Counted from the first letter of the stretch, positions 1-12,802 are shown. The stretch: DNA of 64,000 nt from Macrostomum lignano (GCA_002269645.1 NIVC01001096.1:62001-126000); one strand, 5' to 3'. Translations and numbers: made by a program. The notes: generated by a model from the sequence alone, not told the origin.

Positions 1-649
1 AAAAAGTCACACAAATCTTTTATTGGCTTTGCATTTTAAAATGAATATGATAAAGTACCGGCAGCTTTACTTTTGTTTCTAGTTTAACACTTGTTTTTAT
101 TCTATTTAATTCATAATTACATTGCAAAGTTAAGCCTATTAATTGGCAAAAAACTATACTCCATTCAAATTTGCCTTTCATTTGTATATTGGCAATTCCT
201 AGGCCTAACCCTTACTCAAGTCTAGCTAGGCATACTTTGATGTAGAAAAAAACATCTAAACATCTATAAACATCTTTCTTAGATCAATTGCTAAAAGTTA
301 GTCATCTATTATTGCATTGATGTTAAAATATTTTTTATTCAATTTTTTACTCACCAATAGTTGAAATAAATGTAGGAGAGAAGCTATCTTCAGCAAATCT
401 AATTAATACACTGGTTTTTCCAACTCCACTGTCACCAATCAACAAAAGCTTGAAAAGATAATCATATGCTTTTGCCATAGTTTAGCCACGCACTTGAAAC
501 AAAGTGCAGATAGCTTAAACTAAAAGGAACTGGATGACTTCCTAATAGGCAAATACAGTGCAGATCGGCGAACTAATATAAACAAATGAATTTAAGCTCA
601 CTCAATTACTGAATACTGATTCAGTTTCGTTTCGACGTCTCGTAGGATG

Positions 650-1223
650 CCAGGTTGCGGATGGTATGCATGTACGCCGGAACTTTTCCGGCGTACAAAA
701 CGGCCACCCTAAGTCCTTGGCGTACACAATCGGCGTACACAACCCCTGGCGCACTTTGTTGGCGTACACTATTGGCGTACACAAGTAACACAGCCACGCA
801 TACTTTTTTGGCGTACAAATTTTGGTGAATAAATTCATGCCGTGCATGAAAATTGTAAAGTAAATTAACGTTTTTACGTAAAGTAAAGGAAAATTTATAT
901 CGTCAATGATAAACTTTTTGCTTATTTTAAGTTTAAAAAAATAAAATTAGTGTAAAATTTTGCTAAAAGTATTAATTTTTCATAATATTTTTTGTAGGTA
1001 GTATTTAAGTTTGTTTAAACTGAAAAAATTCGTAATATTTTAAAGACACTTTTCATACCAAAACATTTCCTAGAAAACTCTACTCGTGAAAACCGAATGA
1101 CCTTTTTTAGGAATTTTTGGTGTACATTTTAGTGCAACTTTTTGTTTTTGGCGTACACTGGCGTACAAAGTCTTGACGCCCGAATTTTTTCCGGCGTACA
1201 CGGGTACATGATCCGCACACTGG
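650..1223. mobile_element. Non-autonomous hAT-type DNA transposon (MITE), 574 bp
   Basis: Termini CCAGGTTGCGGAT (650-662) and ATCCGCACACTGG (1211-1223) are inverted repeats (11/13). A perfect 8-bp direct repeat GTAGGATG flanks both ends (642-649, 1224-1231). About 9 subterminal GGCGTACA motifs cluster at both ends around an AT-rich core. An 8-bp TSD is typical of hAT elements. Confidence 0.75.
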
Positions 1224-2543
1224 GTAGGATGTAGGCTAGTGTACCACTGTTGTAGGCCTACCTTAATTAAGATTAAGAAGGTATAGTACAGGTATAGGTC
1301 CTACTTATTGGCCTAACTAATAATCAAATACAAAAACAGTTGGCCTAACTATAAAAAGGAACAACTTGAGATTAAGACTAGGCCTAGGCACAGTTTTATT
1401 AAATAAAAAAAGTGCCTACTATCTAGTATAGTGCATGCAATCAAAATTATACTCGTATGCAATCTTAGAAAGCTTGTTACAATAAATACATCTTTTATAT
1501 ATGAAAAAAGAGCCCTGTATAAGTAAATGTATATTTTTTATTCTTGGATAAAGTTGGTTTCTAATATTTTGATAAAACGAACTGCATGTTTAAAAATATA
1601 CTTTCAAAGAAAAATAAACTCTTAACTTCGAGATGTGAGCGCACCACACACACCACCACCAAGTATATGCTAAATGCACGACTATGTAGTTAAAATTGAA
1701 TTGGTTGACTAGATTAGTTAATATGAGTAATAAGTAAATGGTAGTTGTTATTGTTACAATGACCATATAAATAGCGAAACGGTTATTTTACACTACAGCC
1801 AACACAGAAAACAAAACTTGCAGTGCAAATAATCCAATATACTAAAAATTAAGAGGCTGTCAGGCTGGTAAATTTAAAAAATAAAAAAATATGTAAATTA
1901 ATACGTTGATACAATGGTAACTTCTATTGTTTATTGTCACCGACCTTTGTTTTTTTGGGCCATATAGGATTTTTTGGCCCCCTGAAAATCTCATTGGCAA
2001 CTGGATTTTTGGCATCAGAGGCCAATCTGGCAACTTCATTTTCCCAATGCCAGTTGCCAATTTCAAAAATTGTTTTTGTAAGTGTAACAAAAACAGAACA
2101 GTCTCATTCCCCGCAATTATACAGTTTAATGAGCCTTGGAAATATTCATCCTCAAGAATTTGGCTAGTTGCCAATGCGCAACCAAAAATAGCCAATGGCA
2201 ACTGGATTTTGAGCCCAAGGGCCAGCTGGCAACTGGTTTTCCAACTTAAAAAAAACCCAGTCACCAACTCTAGTTAGCTTACTGCTTAGGCTACTTAATG
2301 TATTGTTAACTAGGCCTGCCTAATTAATGACAATGTGTTTTGTAATATTCTCCATGCCAGTAAAAACAGCAATCTTTCTTCTTACATATGGTGACTGTAA
2401 AAATAACAGTTGTGCTATTTATATAGTTACATAAAGTTATACCTTAAGCCAGATAGTAGGCCTATGAGCATATTTGTCTTGCAGCCTCTTGCTTGGCAAA
2501 AAGGTTTTATAAATATTGCATACTATAGCAACCATGCTTGGGT

Positions 2544-2703
2544 GCAGCCTAGGGATTCACCTAGCCATTTCTATTGGCAACACACACATGTAAGTCGCTA
2601 TTGGATGGAAAAGTAGTCACGTGACTCAGTGACTGCTCTCAGCCAATAGCACCTTACATGTGTGTTTTGCCAATAGAAACGGCCGAGTGATTCCCAAGGT
2701 TGC
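2544..2703. repeat. Imperfect long inverted repeat (fold-back, about 60-bp arms)
   Basis: GCAGCCTAGGGATTCACCTAGCCATTTCTATTGGCAACACACACATGTAAG..GCTATTGG pairs with the reverse complement of 2643-2703. The palindrome AGTCACGTGACT lies in the spacer. Confidence 0.7.
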
Positions 2704-4833
2704 CTATGTATAATAGCAACTCTTTGTTTACTGCCAAACTTTAAATTAATAGTAGGCTTAGATGTAAGGGCTAGGCCTAAGGCTGCTAAGGACTGAAAAA
2801 ATAGAAATTTGATCTTTATTGTGTTTTATGATAAACTGTAATGATTATAGTCATTACAGTGACTAGATATTTCAATGACAATTGTTTTAGTGACTAGAAA
2901 AACCTTCTTCATGACAACCATTGTAGTTTCAAGAAGAAAATTATCTTGTCAATTTTAAGTGATATGAAACCTAAAAATTCAAAGGTTTTTTACTACAGTA
3001 GTTAAAGTGTTGTTTCATTTTTAGGTTTATTTACTATCAATAGAGTTGCAATCTTGGCAATCCTTTGGTTTCCTGCTCTAAATTATTTAAACCCCTTTTT
3101 GAACTTTTCAGAGTCCAACAAGCTTATAGAGCTTTTGCAAGAGTTCACAGAGTTCTACCTAAGATAGTAGGATGTAATCCAGTAGAAAATATTGCCAAAG
3201 TACTACTGGGAGAAAGCTTGGTGCCATATAAACTCTTGCAGGTATGTTTTGAACAAATTTTCACTGGTTCCAAACTTTGTATATAGCTCCAAACTTGGTT
3301 TTGCAGTTGCCCCACATTCCCTCTATAGTATTTGTGTTAACTGCTAGGTTGTTGATATCCCGGAAATGCAGCAAATGGTTGACCATTAGATGATTGGCCA
3401 AAGTGTTATAGGCAGCCCATTGGTCCAGGGTTTAAATAATTTAGAATAGGAAACTGAAGGATTGCCACAATCTTTTGTTATGGGCCTATATTTGTACATT
3501 TTTCTTTTTTGATAAATATTTCTCCACCATGTTTTTCTCAATGAGCATTTCATAAGAAGGATCCTATATGTTTGATTGGATCCTCTATCCTCATTCCTCT
3601 ATGATCAAAAGTTACTAGTAATCAAAAGCTTCTAGCAGTCAAGTCATTGGCAAACAAAAGTTGCTAGCAAACAAAAGTTATCAGTAGACAAAAGTCTGGC
3701 AGCAAAAGTCCTGAAGTCAAATTGTGGCAATCAAAGGTTGGTAGCAACCTTTCATTACCTTTCATTACCTTCTTTACCCCTTTATTTTATCATTTTTACC
3801 ACCAATCTATCATTTTTACCTTCACTTTATCCTCTTTATCCTCATTCTACCCTGATCTCTCTTGTTGATTTAATTAGGAGCTGCAATGATATTTTAAGTT
3901 TTTTTTTCAATTCTTAATTATCAAGTAGCCAATATTATTTAATATAAGAACTATATATTATAAATGTGTAATATAAATATATTAAATATGTAAGTATATG
4001 ATAAATATCTATTATATGCATTTTATGTAAGGTTTTTCAATTTTGATAGGGGCCTATAGTTTTTTCCATCTTCAGTATTTGTATTGCACTCTTATACTTG
4101 TACATTGTTTTAATGTTTTTATGTCTTGTATCATGTTTTTAGGGAATTTTTGTAGCCAATGTTTTTCAAACTTATTCTAATAAAGCACAGTAGTTATCCA
4201 CCAAGGACCTCAGTGTTTATTATGATTCTGCACCAAGTGTCAAAATTTTCCATGACATATGCCACCTTCTTGACTATATGGTCATAGCCTAGGCTAGGTG
4301 CCTATTGATGTTTTTGCAATTGCAGTCAGATGATCCTAAAACTTAAAATCATATTAAAATATGAGTTATAGTTATAGTAAGATCATAGATGAAATTGTAT
4401 ATCCCTTTTTTATATAAGAAAAAGCCAGACTTTTGCTTTCTTCTCAAAGTCCAACATCTATTATCAAAGCTTAAACTATATATTGCCTTTTGTTTTTAGC
4501 TTGACGCTATGAAAGGGTCTTGAAGTCTAATTAATAATATCTTGTCCCAATCAATAGTAAGTAAAATAAGCCTAGATCATTTGCTATGAGACAGAGTTGT
4601 CTTAACACTAATTGTGGGGCTGCGTGGGGCATTGTTAGAAAGTGTTTCACTAGGGTGCCCACAGCCCTCATTGGATATACATTTGTACCATTTTAAGATA
4701 ATTATGTGTGCATAATAGCTAATAATAGCTATTTTGTAATCCTAAGAGTTCAATCCTTAAGTACGTTAAAAATTTGCATAATTGCATGAGTATCGATTGA
4801 TATACTATATACAGTGCGATAAGCAACTTATAA

Positions 4834-5103
4834 ATGGCAAGCACAAACACAAACGATCGTGCAGCAATGGACGAGTTTCTTTCCTCAGCTCGGTCTGGCA
4901 GACGCTTCGCCATTGTTGGCCCAGGCGGCAGCAATGGCTTTGGCAGTAACAGCGCCATTGTTGTGGAGTCTGGCAGTAGGAATTCCGACGGTAGTGGATG
5001 CGCTGGTGGCGGCAGCGGGGGTCCAGTCTTTTTTAAGGAGGTGTCAAGTAGAATGGCTAATTTGTCATCTGCCACTAGTCAGAGACGCCAGTCAAAGACC
5101 TAA
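4834..5103 (+). CDS. PKI: cAMP-dependent protein kinase inhibitor (PKI family), 89 aa, single coding exon
   Basis: FLSSARSGRRFAI has the spacing of the PKI pseudosubstrate FIASGRTGRRNAI (F P-11, R P-6, R P-3, R P-2, A P0, I P+1). KEVSSRMANLS resembles the PKI NES helix ELALKLAGLDI. ATG 4834, TAA 5101-5103. A possible splice acceptor (ACAG 4811-4814) lies just upstream and AATAAA is near 5500. Confidence 0.85.
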   Translation: MASTNTNDRAAMDEFLSSARSGRRFAIVGPGGSNGFGSNSAIVVESGSRNSDGSGCAGGGSGGPVFFKEVSSRMANLSSATSQRRQSKT

Positions 5104-6029
5104 GAGGCTCTTCGTTCCTGTGTTCCTCTGGTGCCTAAATGAGCTGTGAAAAAATCTTTGTGTAACACCTTAATTACACTGGAAACAGTTAATCTTGTTG
5201 ATTATTTGATTAGAAAGGTAGAGTACTGATCTATGTGTCATGTGTGTGAAATCAATATTTTACTTGCTGTACATGAGTGCTTTTCCCGCACGCTCAATCG
5301 ATAATGACATTTCTAAGAAAATCCTTGACTATAATCGATATCGGATGTACATTGCTAGGGATTCCCCATCCACTCAATCGATATTGGATGTACATTATTC
5401 GAGATTTCCCACCCGCTCAAACGATATCACATATAGATAAGTAAGAAGAAATAAGAAGAGAGATTTCCTTAACTGTTAAAACGATTTTTGGATGCGCATA
5501 ATAAAAGAATTTTCCATATTGCACCTAAAACTCCGACAGAACTTGAGAATTAGTCTGTATTGTATAGATTTTAAGCCCAAGCTTTGCCTATAACCGTGAC
5601 GTGTTGTGAGTAATCGTTTAACTAGGCTGTGTTTTGTGATTGCCATTTATCAGCTTTCTCTCTGTCGTGCTTTTTTAGCGACCTTAGCTGTCGTCTTGCT
5701 ACATTTTTAAAAGTTTTTTTTCTACAGCTCAAAATTTTTACAATCGTCTCAAATTCAGCTTAGTATATCATATGTAATATACTTCATTATATGGTTTAAC
5801 TTCTTTGTTTGCTTGAAAAAAATACATATTGTTCATTTTAATGTTTCAATACTGTATTAGTATGTTTTTTAATCAAGTTTTACTTATTTTTTCAACACTT
5901 ATATTTAGAATAATTTTAAATAGATAGTTTTGCCAGAGAAGTAATAGAAAAATAGTTCTTTACCTTTTATTCTCTGGTAGTTTATGATGGAGTCTTGGAA
6001 AAGTCTATACGCGATTTTTAGAGTAGCTT

Positions 6030-9000
6030 CAGGGCAATTCTTGGGGCAGTTTGAGGGTGATTCTTTAGGAAGCTTAAGGGTGATTCTTTAGACAGTTTAA
6101 GGGTGATTCTTTAGGAAGCTTAAGGGTTATTCTTTAGACAGTTTAAGGGTGATTCTTTAGGTAGCTTAAGGGTGATTCTTTAGACAGTTTAAGGGTGATT
6201 CTTTAGGTAGCTTAAGGGTGATTCTTTAGACAGTTTAAGGGTGATTCTTTAGGTAGCTTAAGGGTGATTCTTTAGACAGTTTAAGGGTGATTCTTTAGGT
6301 AGCTTAAGGGTGATTCTTTAGACAGTTTAAGGGTGATTCTTTAGGTAGCTTAAGGGTGATTCTTTAGACAGTTTAAGGGTGATTCTTTAGGTAGCTTAAG
6401 GGTGATTCTTTAGACAGTTTAAGGGTGATTCTTTAGGTAGCTTAAGGGTAATTCTTTAGACAGTTTAAGGGTGATTCTTTAGGTAGCTTAAGGGTGATTC
6501 TTTAGACAGTTTAAGGGTGATTCTTTAGGTAGCTTAAGGGTGATTCTTTAGACAGTTTAAGGGTGATTCTTTAGGTAGCTTAAGGGTGATTCTTTAGACA
6601 GTTTAAGGGTGATTCTTTAGGTAGCTTAAGGGTGATTCTTTAGACAGTTTAAGGGTGATTCTTTAGGTAGCTTAAGGGTGATTCTTTAGACAGTTTAAGG
6701 GTGATTCTTTAGGTAGCTTAAGGGTGATTCTTTAGACAGTTTAAGGGTGATTCTTTAGGTAGCTTAAGGGTGATTCTTTAGGCAGTTTAAGGGTGATTCT
6801 TTAGGTAGCTTAAGGGTTATTCTTTAGACAGTTTAAGGGTGATTCTTTAGGAAGCTTAAGGGTGATTCTTTAGACAGTTTAAGGGTGATTCTTTAGGTAG
6901 CTTAAGGGTTATTCTTTAGACAGTTTAAGGGTGATTCTTTAGGTAGCTTAAGGGTGATTCTTTAGACAGTTTAAGGGTGATTCTTTAGGAAGCTTAAGGG
7001 TTATTCTTTAGACAGTTTAAGGGTGATTCTTTAGGTAGCTTAAGGGTGATTCTTTAGACAGTTTAAGGGTGATTCTTTAGGTAGCTTAAGGGTGATTCTT
7101 TAGACAGTTTAAGGGTGATTCTTTAGGTAGCTTAAGGGTGATTCTTTAGACAGTTTAAGGGTGATTCTTTAGGTAGCTTAAGGGTGATTCTTTAGACAGT
7201 TTAAGGGTGATTCTGTTGGTAGTTTAAGAATAATTCTTTAGGCAGTTAAAGGGTGATTCTGTAGGTGGTTTAAAGGTGATTCTGTAGGTGGTTTAAAGGT
7301 GATTCTGTAGGTGGTTTAAAGGTGATTCTGTAGGTGGTTTAAAGGTGATTCTGTAGGTAGTTTAAAGGTGATTCTGTAGGTAGTTTAAAGGTGATTCTGT
7401 AGGTAGTTTAAAGGTGATTCTGTAGGTAGTTTAAGGGTGATTCTTTAGGCAGTTTATGGGTGATTCTGTAGGTAGTTTAAGGGTAATTCTTAATGTATGT
7501 TAAGGGTAATTCTTTAGGCAGTTTGAGGGTGATTCTGTAGGTAGTTTAAGGGTAATTCTTTAGGCAGTTTAAGGGTGATTCTGTAGGTAGTTTAAATGTG
7601 ATTCTGTAGGTAGTTTAAAGGTGATTCTGTAGGTAGTTTAAAGGTGATTCTGTAGGTGGTTTAAAGGTGATTCTGTAGGTAGTTTAAAGGTGATTCTGTA
7701 GGTAGTTTAAAGGTGATTCTGTAGGTAGTTTAAGGGTGATTCTTTAGACAGTTTAAGGGTGATTCTGTTGGTAGTTTAAGAATAATTCTTTAGGCAGTCA
7801 AAAGGTGATTCTGTAGGTGGTTTAAAGGTGATTCTGTAGGTAGTTTAAAGGTGATTCTGTAGGTAGTTTAAAGGTGATTCTGTAGGTAGTTTAAGGGTGA
7901 TTCTTTAGGCAGTTTATGGGTGATTCTATAGGTAGTTTAAGGGTAATTCTTAATGTATGTTAAGGGTAATTCTTTAGGCAGTTTGAGGGTGATTCTGTAG
8001 GTAGTTTAAGGGTAATTCTTTAGGCAGTTTAAGGGTGATTCTGTAGGTGGTTTAAAGGTGATTCTGTAGGTAGTTTAAAGGTGATTCTGTAGGTAGTTTA
8101 AAGGTGATTCTGTAGGTAGTTTAAAGGTGATTCTGTAGGTGGTTTAAAGGTGATTCTGTAGGTAGTTTAAAGGTGATTCTGTAGGTAGTTTAAAGGTGAT
8201 TCTGTAGGTAGTTTAAAGGTGATTCTGTAGGTGGTTTAAAGGTGATTCTGTAGGTAGTTTAAAGGTGATTCTGTAGGTAGTTTAAATGTGATTCTGTAGG
8301 TAGTTTAAGGGTGATTCTTTAGGCAGTTTATGGGTGATTCTGTAGGTAGTTTAAGGGTAATTCTTAATGTATGTTAAGGGTAATTCTTTAGGCAGTTTGA
8401 GGGTGATTCTGTAGGTAGTTTAAGGGTAATTCTTTAGGCACTTTAAGGGTGATTCTGTAGGTGGTTTAAAGGTGATTCTGTAGGTAGTTTAAAGGTGATT
8501 CTGTAGGTGGTTTAAAGGTGATTCTGTAGGTAGTTTAAAGGTGATTCTGTAGGTAGTTTAAAGGTGATTCTGTAGGTAGTTTAAAGGTGATTCTGTAGGT
8601 AGTTTAAAGGTGATTCTGTAGGTAATTTAAAGGTGATTCTGTAGGTGGTTTAAAGGTGATTCTGTAGGTAGTTTAAAGGTGATTCTGTAGGCAGTTTATG
8701 GGTGATTCTGTAGGTAGTTTAAGGGTGATTCTTTAGGCAGTTTATGGGTGATTCTGTAGGTAGTTTAAGGGTAATTCTTAATGTATGTTAAGGGTAATTC
8801 TTTAGGCAGTTTGAGGGTGATTCTGTAGGTAGTTTAAGGGTAATTCTTTAGGCAGTTTAAGGGTGATTCTGTAGGTGGTTTAAAGGTGATTCTGTAGGTG
8901 GTTTAAGGGTGATTCTGTAGGTAGTTTAAAGGTGATTCTGTAGGTAGTTTAAAGGTGATTCTGTAGGTAGTTTAAGGGTGATTCTTTAGGCAGTTTATGG

Positions 9001-9265
9001 GTGATTCTGTAGGTAGTTTAAGGGTAATTCTTAATGTATGTTAAGGGTAATTCTTTAGGCAGTTTAAGGGTGATTCTGTAGGTAGTTTAAGGGTAATTCT
9101 TTGGGCAGTTTAAGGGTGATTCTGTAGGTAGTTTAAGAGTGATTCTGTAGGTAGTTTAAAGGCGATTCTGTAGGTAGTTTAAGGGTAATTCTTTGGGCAG
9201 TTTAAGGGCGATTATCAATTTAGTTTAAGGGTGATTCTTGGGTATTTTAAGGGCGATTCTCAAAT
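6030..9265. repeat. 23-bp minisatellite with higher-order structure
   Basis: Unit AAGGGTGATTCTTTAGGTAGCTT / AAGGGTGATTCTTTAGACAGTTT, alternating as a 46-bp dimer over about 6060-7200, then the variant AAAGGTGATTCTGTAGGTAGTTT. Confidence 0.95.
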
Positions 9266-9785
9266 GCAGTGAGTGAATAAGCTACTCTTTCTCGAGTTTA
9301 AGGTAGTAGTTTTTAAATAGATTTTTTGCGAAGCCTAGATAGAAACAATATATATTTGTAGATAGATATAAATTAATTTTGCGTTTGCGTTCGGTAAGAT
9401 TGCATCTCTTACACTCTGTTCAGGCCCTCTTAATATTATCCCCTGTTGGGTTTCCTACAGCAGTTCAATTATCGCGCTCGCAGCATTGCATTTATCACGC
9501 TTCAACTCCTTCATCAACAACTACTAATTAACTGATAATTTACTTTCTTGTGCTACTGCTAACATTGGAAATAGCCATGTGTATATTGCCTCTGGCAAGT
9601 TCGCAAACTAGATAAACAGATTTCCTCATTTGGTCACGGCTGTCTTGATCGTGCGTGAATAATTGCTTCATTCTATATTTAGATCTGTCTGTATTGATCG
9701 CACTTTCTGAGTACGGACAAAATATTGAGCTCTGATTGTCCGTTCCAAGCAGCATTGCAAACAGATCAAAGTCAAAACTGAACGC

Positions 9786-11999
9786 ATGCAAACTAAATTG
9801 CAGGCCGAAGCAGCTCTGTCCCCATCTTTTGCAAACAATCACCATCCGCAACCTGACCGGTATGGCTTCTATAGTGACACGCCCGGCAATAGTGTCGCTT
9901 CTCCCTCGTCTACCTTAGCCTCCGGCGCTACTAGCAGTAGTCGGTCCCGTTCCGAAGCTGTTGAAATTATCCGTCGACGCGAAAAGAAATGGCTAGATAT
10001 GTTAAATAATTGGGCAAAGGTGATTGCTAAAGACTATCAATTAGTTAGGGAACGATGTCGCAAAGGTATTCCGGATTCTGTGCGGCCTAAAGTTTGGTTT
10101 CATCTGTGCGGCGCATTTTATATTAACCGAGACGATCCGGATCTGTACAGGAAATGCATGACTAAGGTTCCCAATGAACGGGTGAGCAGATTTTGTCTAG
10201 TCTACTGATTTGTGGGCATTTTCAATTGCAATGTACTCTGCGAAAATTAGAGTCGATATTGTTCTGGGACCCCACCTCAGTTGAAGCGAGTGGAGTGGTG
10301 GGCCTTTGCACCACCCGCTTCAATTTAAGCTAATGGGATGGTGGGCCTTTGCACCACCCGCTTCAATTAAAGCTAATGGGGTGGTGGGCCTTTGCACCAC
10401 CCGCTTCAATTAAAGCTAATGGGGTGGTGGGCCTTTGCACCACCCGCTTCAATTAAAGCTAATGGGGTGGTGGGCCTTTGCACCACCCGCTTCAATTAAA
10501 GCTAATGGGGTGGTGGGCCTTTGCACCACCCGCTTCAATTAAAGCTAATGGGGTGGTGGGCCTTTGCACCACCCGCTTCAATTAAAGCTAATGGGGTGGT
10601 GGGCCTTTGCACCACCCGCTTCAATTAAAGCTAATGGGGTGGTGGGCCTTTGCACCACCCGCTTCAATTAAAGCTAATGGGGTGGTGGGCCTTTGCACCA
10701 CCCGCTTCAATTAAAGCTAATGGGGTGGTGGGCCTTTGCACCACCCGCTTCAATTAAAGCTAATGGGGTGGTGGGCCTTTGCACCACCCGCTTCAATTAA
10801 AGCTAATGGGGTGGTGGGCCTTTGCACCACCCGCTTCAATTAAAGCTAATGGGGTGGTGGGCCTTTGCACCACCCGCTTCAATTAAAGCTAATGGGGTGG
10901 TGGGCCTTTGCACCACCCGCTTCAATTTAAGCTAGTGGAGTAATGGGCCTTTATACCCCGCTTCAATTAAAGCTAGTGGGGTGGTGGGCCTTTGCACCAC
11001 CCGCCTCAATTTAAGCTCTTTGGGTGATGGGCCTTGGTACGCTTGCCCCAATTAAAGCTAGCCAATTAAAATTGATTTAGACGGCCGACGAAATCGAGCG
11101 CGATCTAGAACGTCAATTTCCCCATCACGAGCTGTTCATGCAGCCAGACGGTCACGGTCAGCAAGCCTTGCGTCGCGTACTTCGCGCCTACGCTGGCGCT
11201 TTTCCCGATGTTGGTTATTGTCAGGCAATGGCGCCTCTGGCTGGCGCCCTCCTATTGCACATGCCCGAATCTGACACCTTCTACACGGTGTACATCCTGT
11301 TTGATAAGTACATGCGCGGCTATTTCCGACCGGGTCTAGACGCTGTACAAGTCGACGGCCAGATATTGTACGGACTGTTAAAGCGATTAAATCAACCAAT
11401 TTACAAGCATTTGGTCAAGTATAAAGTTGAACCGTTGCACTTTATGGTTGATTGGTTCATGTGCCTGTACGTGAGAACTCTGCCGTGGCCTACTCTGCTA
11501 CGAGTCTGGGATGTCTACTTCTGCGAGGGTGAGTAGCTCAATCCCCATCAGTGTTTACTGTTAATCCCCACTCAGTGTTTATCCCCATCAGCATTAAACC
11601 CTACTCATGGTTTTATTCCCATAAGTGTTAATGTTAATCCTAAAGCTAGCCGCAGCACCATTATGTTTCAATATTTATTAATTGTCATCAGTTTATCCCC
11701 AAACCGATCCCAACCCAGGTGTGAAAATAGTCTTTCGCGTCGCAATCGCCCTGGTCACCGCCGTGCTCGGCTCCTCTGCTCAACGCCGTCGCCTGCGCTC
11801 ATTCGAGGACACCCTAGACAGCCTGCGCCGCCTGCCGGCCTCCGCCACCCAGGCTGCTGTGCTGCTGCCGGCCGCGCTGAAGCTGCAGCTGTCCGCTGCC
11901 GACTTCGAGCGCGAGCATCAGAAGCAGTTTCGATTGTTTAATCTGCGTAAGCTTGCCCGGCAGCAGCAGGTGCAGGAGCAGCAGGAGGCTGCAGTATAG
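9786..11999 (+). CDS. TBC1D10: TBC1D10 (EPI64/whacked-type) Rab GTPase-activating protein, 374 aa; exons 9786-10181, 11081-11528, 11719-11999
   Basis: Family motifs DRYGF, RREKKWLDML, RCRKGIPDSVRPKVW, Arg finger IERDLERQFP, Gln finger GYCQAMAP, WFMC..RTLPW..LRVWD.FCEG|VKIVFRV. GT-AG introns of phase 0 and 1 join to 1125 nt in frame. Confidence 0.95.
10285..11035. repeat. 43-bp tandem repeat with internal hairpin, about 17 copies, in TBC1D10 intron 1
   Basis: Unit GCTAATGGGGTGGTGGGCCTTTGCACCACCCGCTTCAATTAAA. GGGTGGTG pairs with CACCACCC around an 8-nt loop. No spacers. Confidence 0.95.
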
Positions 12000-12072
12000 G
12001 CACTTGTCATTTCTGCTTGGCTGTGCCTGCGCTTGGGTTGACTTGGGTTGCTGGCCTTTAAAATTGCCTTAG

Positions 12073-12802
12073 TTGCCACCCTCCCAGATCCTCAGTTACT
12101 ACCGCAACAGATCCTCAGTTGCCACCCTCCATGATCCTCAGTTACTACCCTCCCAGATCCTCAGTTGCTGGGCCAGCCTCTCAGATCCTCAGTTGCTGGG
12201 CCAGCCTCTCAGATCCTCAGTTGCTGGGCCAGCCTCCCAGATCCTCAGTTGCTGGGCCAGCCTCCCAGATCCCCAGTTGCTGGGCCAGCCTCTCAGATCC
12301 TCAGTTGCTGGGCCAGCCTCTCAGATCCTCAGTTGCTGGGCCAGCCTCTCAGATCCTCAGTTGCTGGGCCAGCCTCCCAGATCCTCAGTTGCTGGGCCAG
12401 CCTCTCAGATCCTCAGTTGCTGGGCCAGCCTCCCAGATCCCCAGTTGCTGGGCCAGCCTCCCAGATCCTCAGTTGCTGGGCCAGCCTCTCAGATCCTCAG
12501 TTGCTGGGCCAGCCTCTCAGATCCTCAGTTGCTGGGCCAGCCTCTCAGATCCTCAGTTGCTGGGCCAGCCTCCCAGATCCTCAGTTGCTGGGCCAGCCTC
12601 TCAGATCCTCAGTTGCTGGGCCAGCCTCCCAAATCCCCAGTTGCTGGGCCAGCCTCCCAGATCCTCAGTAGCTGGGCCAGCCTCTCAGATCCTCAGTTGC
12701 TGGGCTAGCCTCTCAGATCCTCAGTTGCTGGGCCAGCCTCTCAGATCCTCAGTTGCTGGGCGAGCCTCCCAGATCCTCAGTTGCTGGGCCAGCCTCCCAG
12801 AT
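12073..12802. repeat. 28-bp minisatellite just 3' of the TBC1D10 stop
   Basis: Unit CCTCAGTTGCTGGGCCAGCCTCTCAGAT; it explains the three overlapping ORFs at 12073-12895. Confidence 0.95.

Noticed and set aside
1900-2275. GGCAACTGG motif cluster with a hAT-like end (CCAACTCTA)
   Set aside because: No matching second terminus or TSD found.
6030-9265. Telomere-like TTAAGGG content
   Set aside because: Only part of a 23-bp unit; no TTAGGG hexamer tandem.
10281-11040. CRISPR-like palindromic repeats
   Set aside because: The units are head-to-tail with no unique spacers, lie inside a spliceosomal intron, and there are no cas genes.
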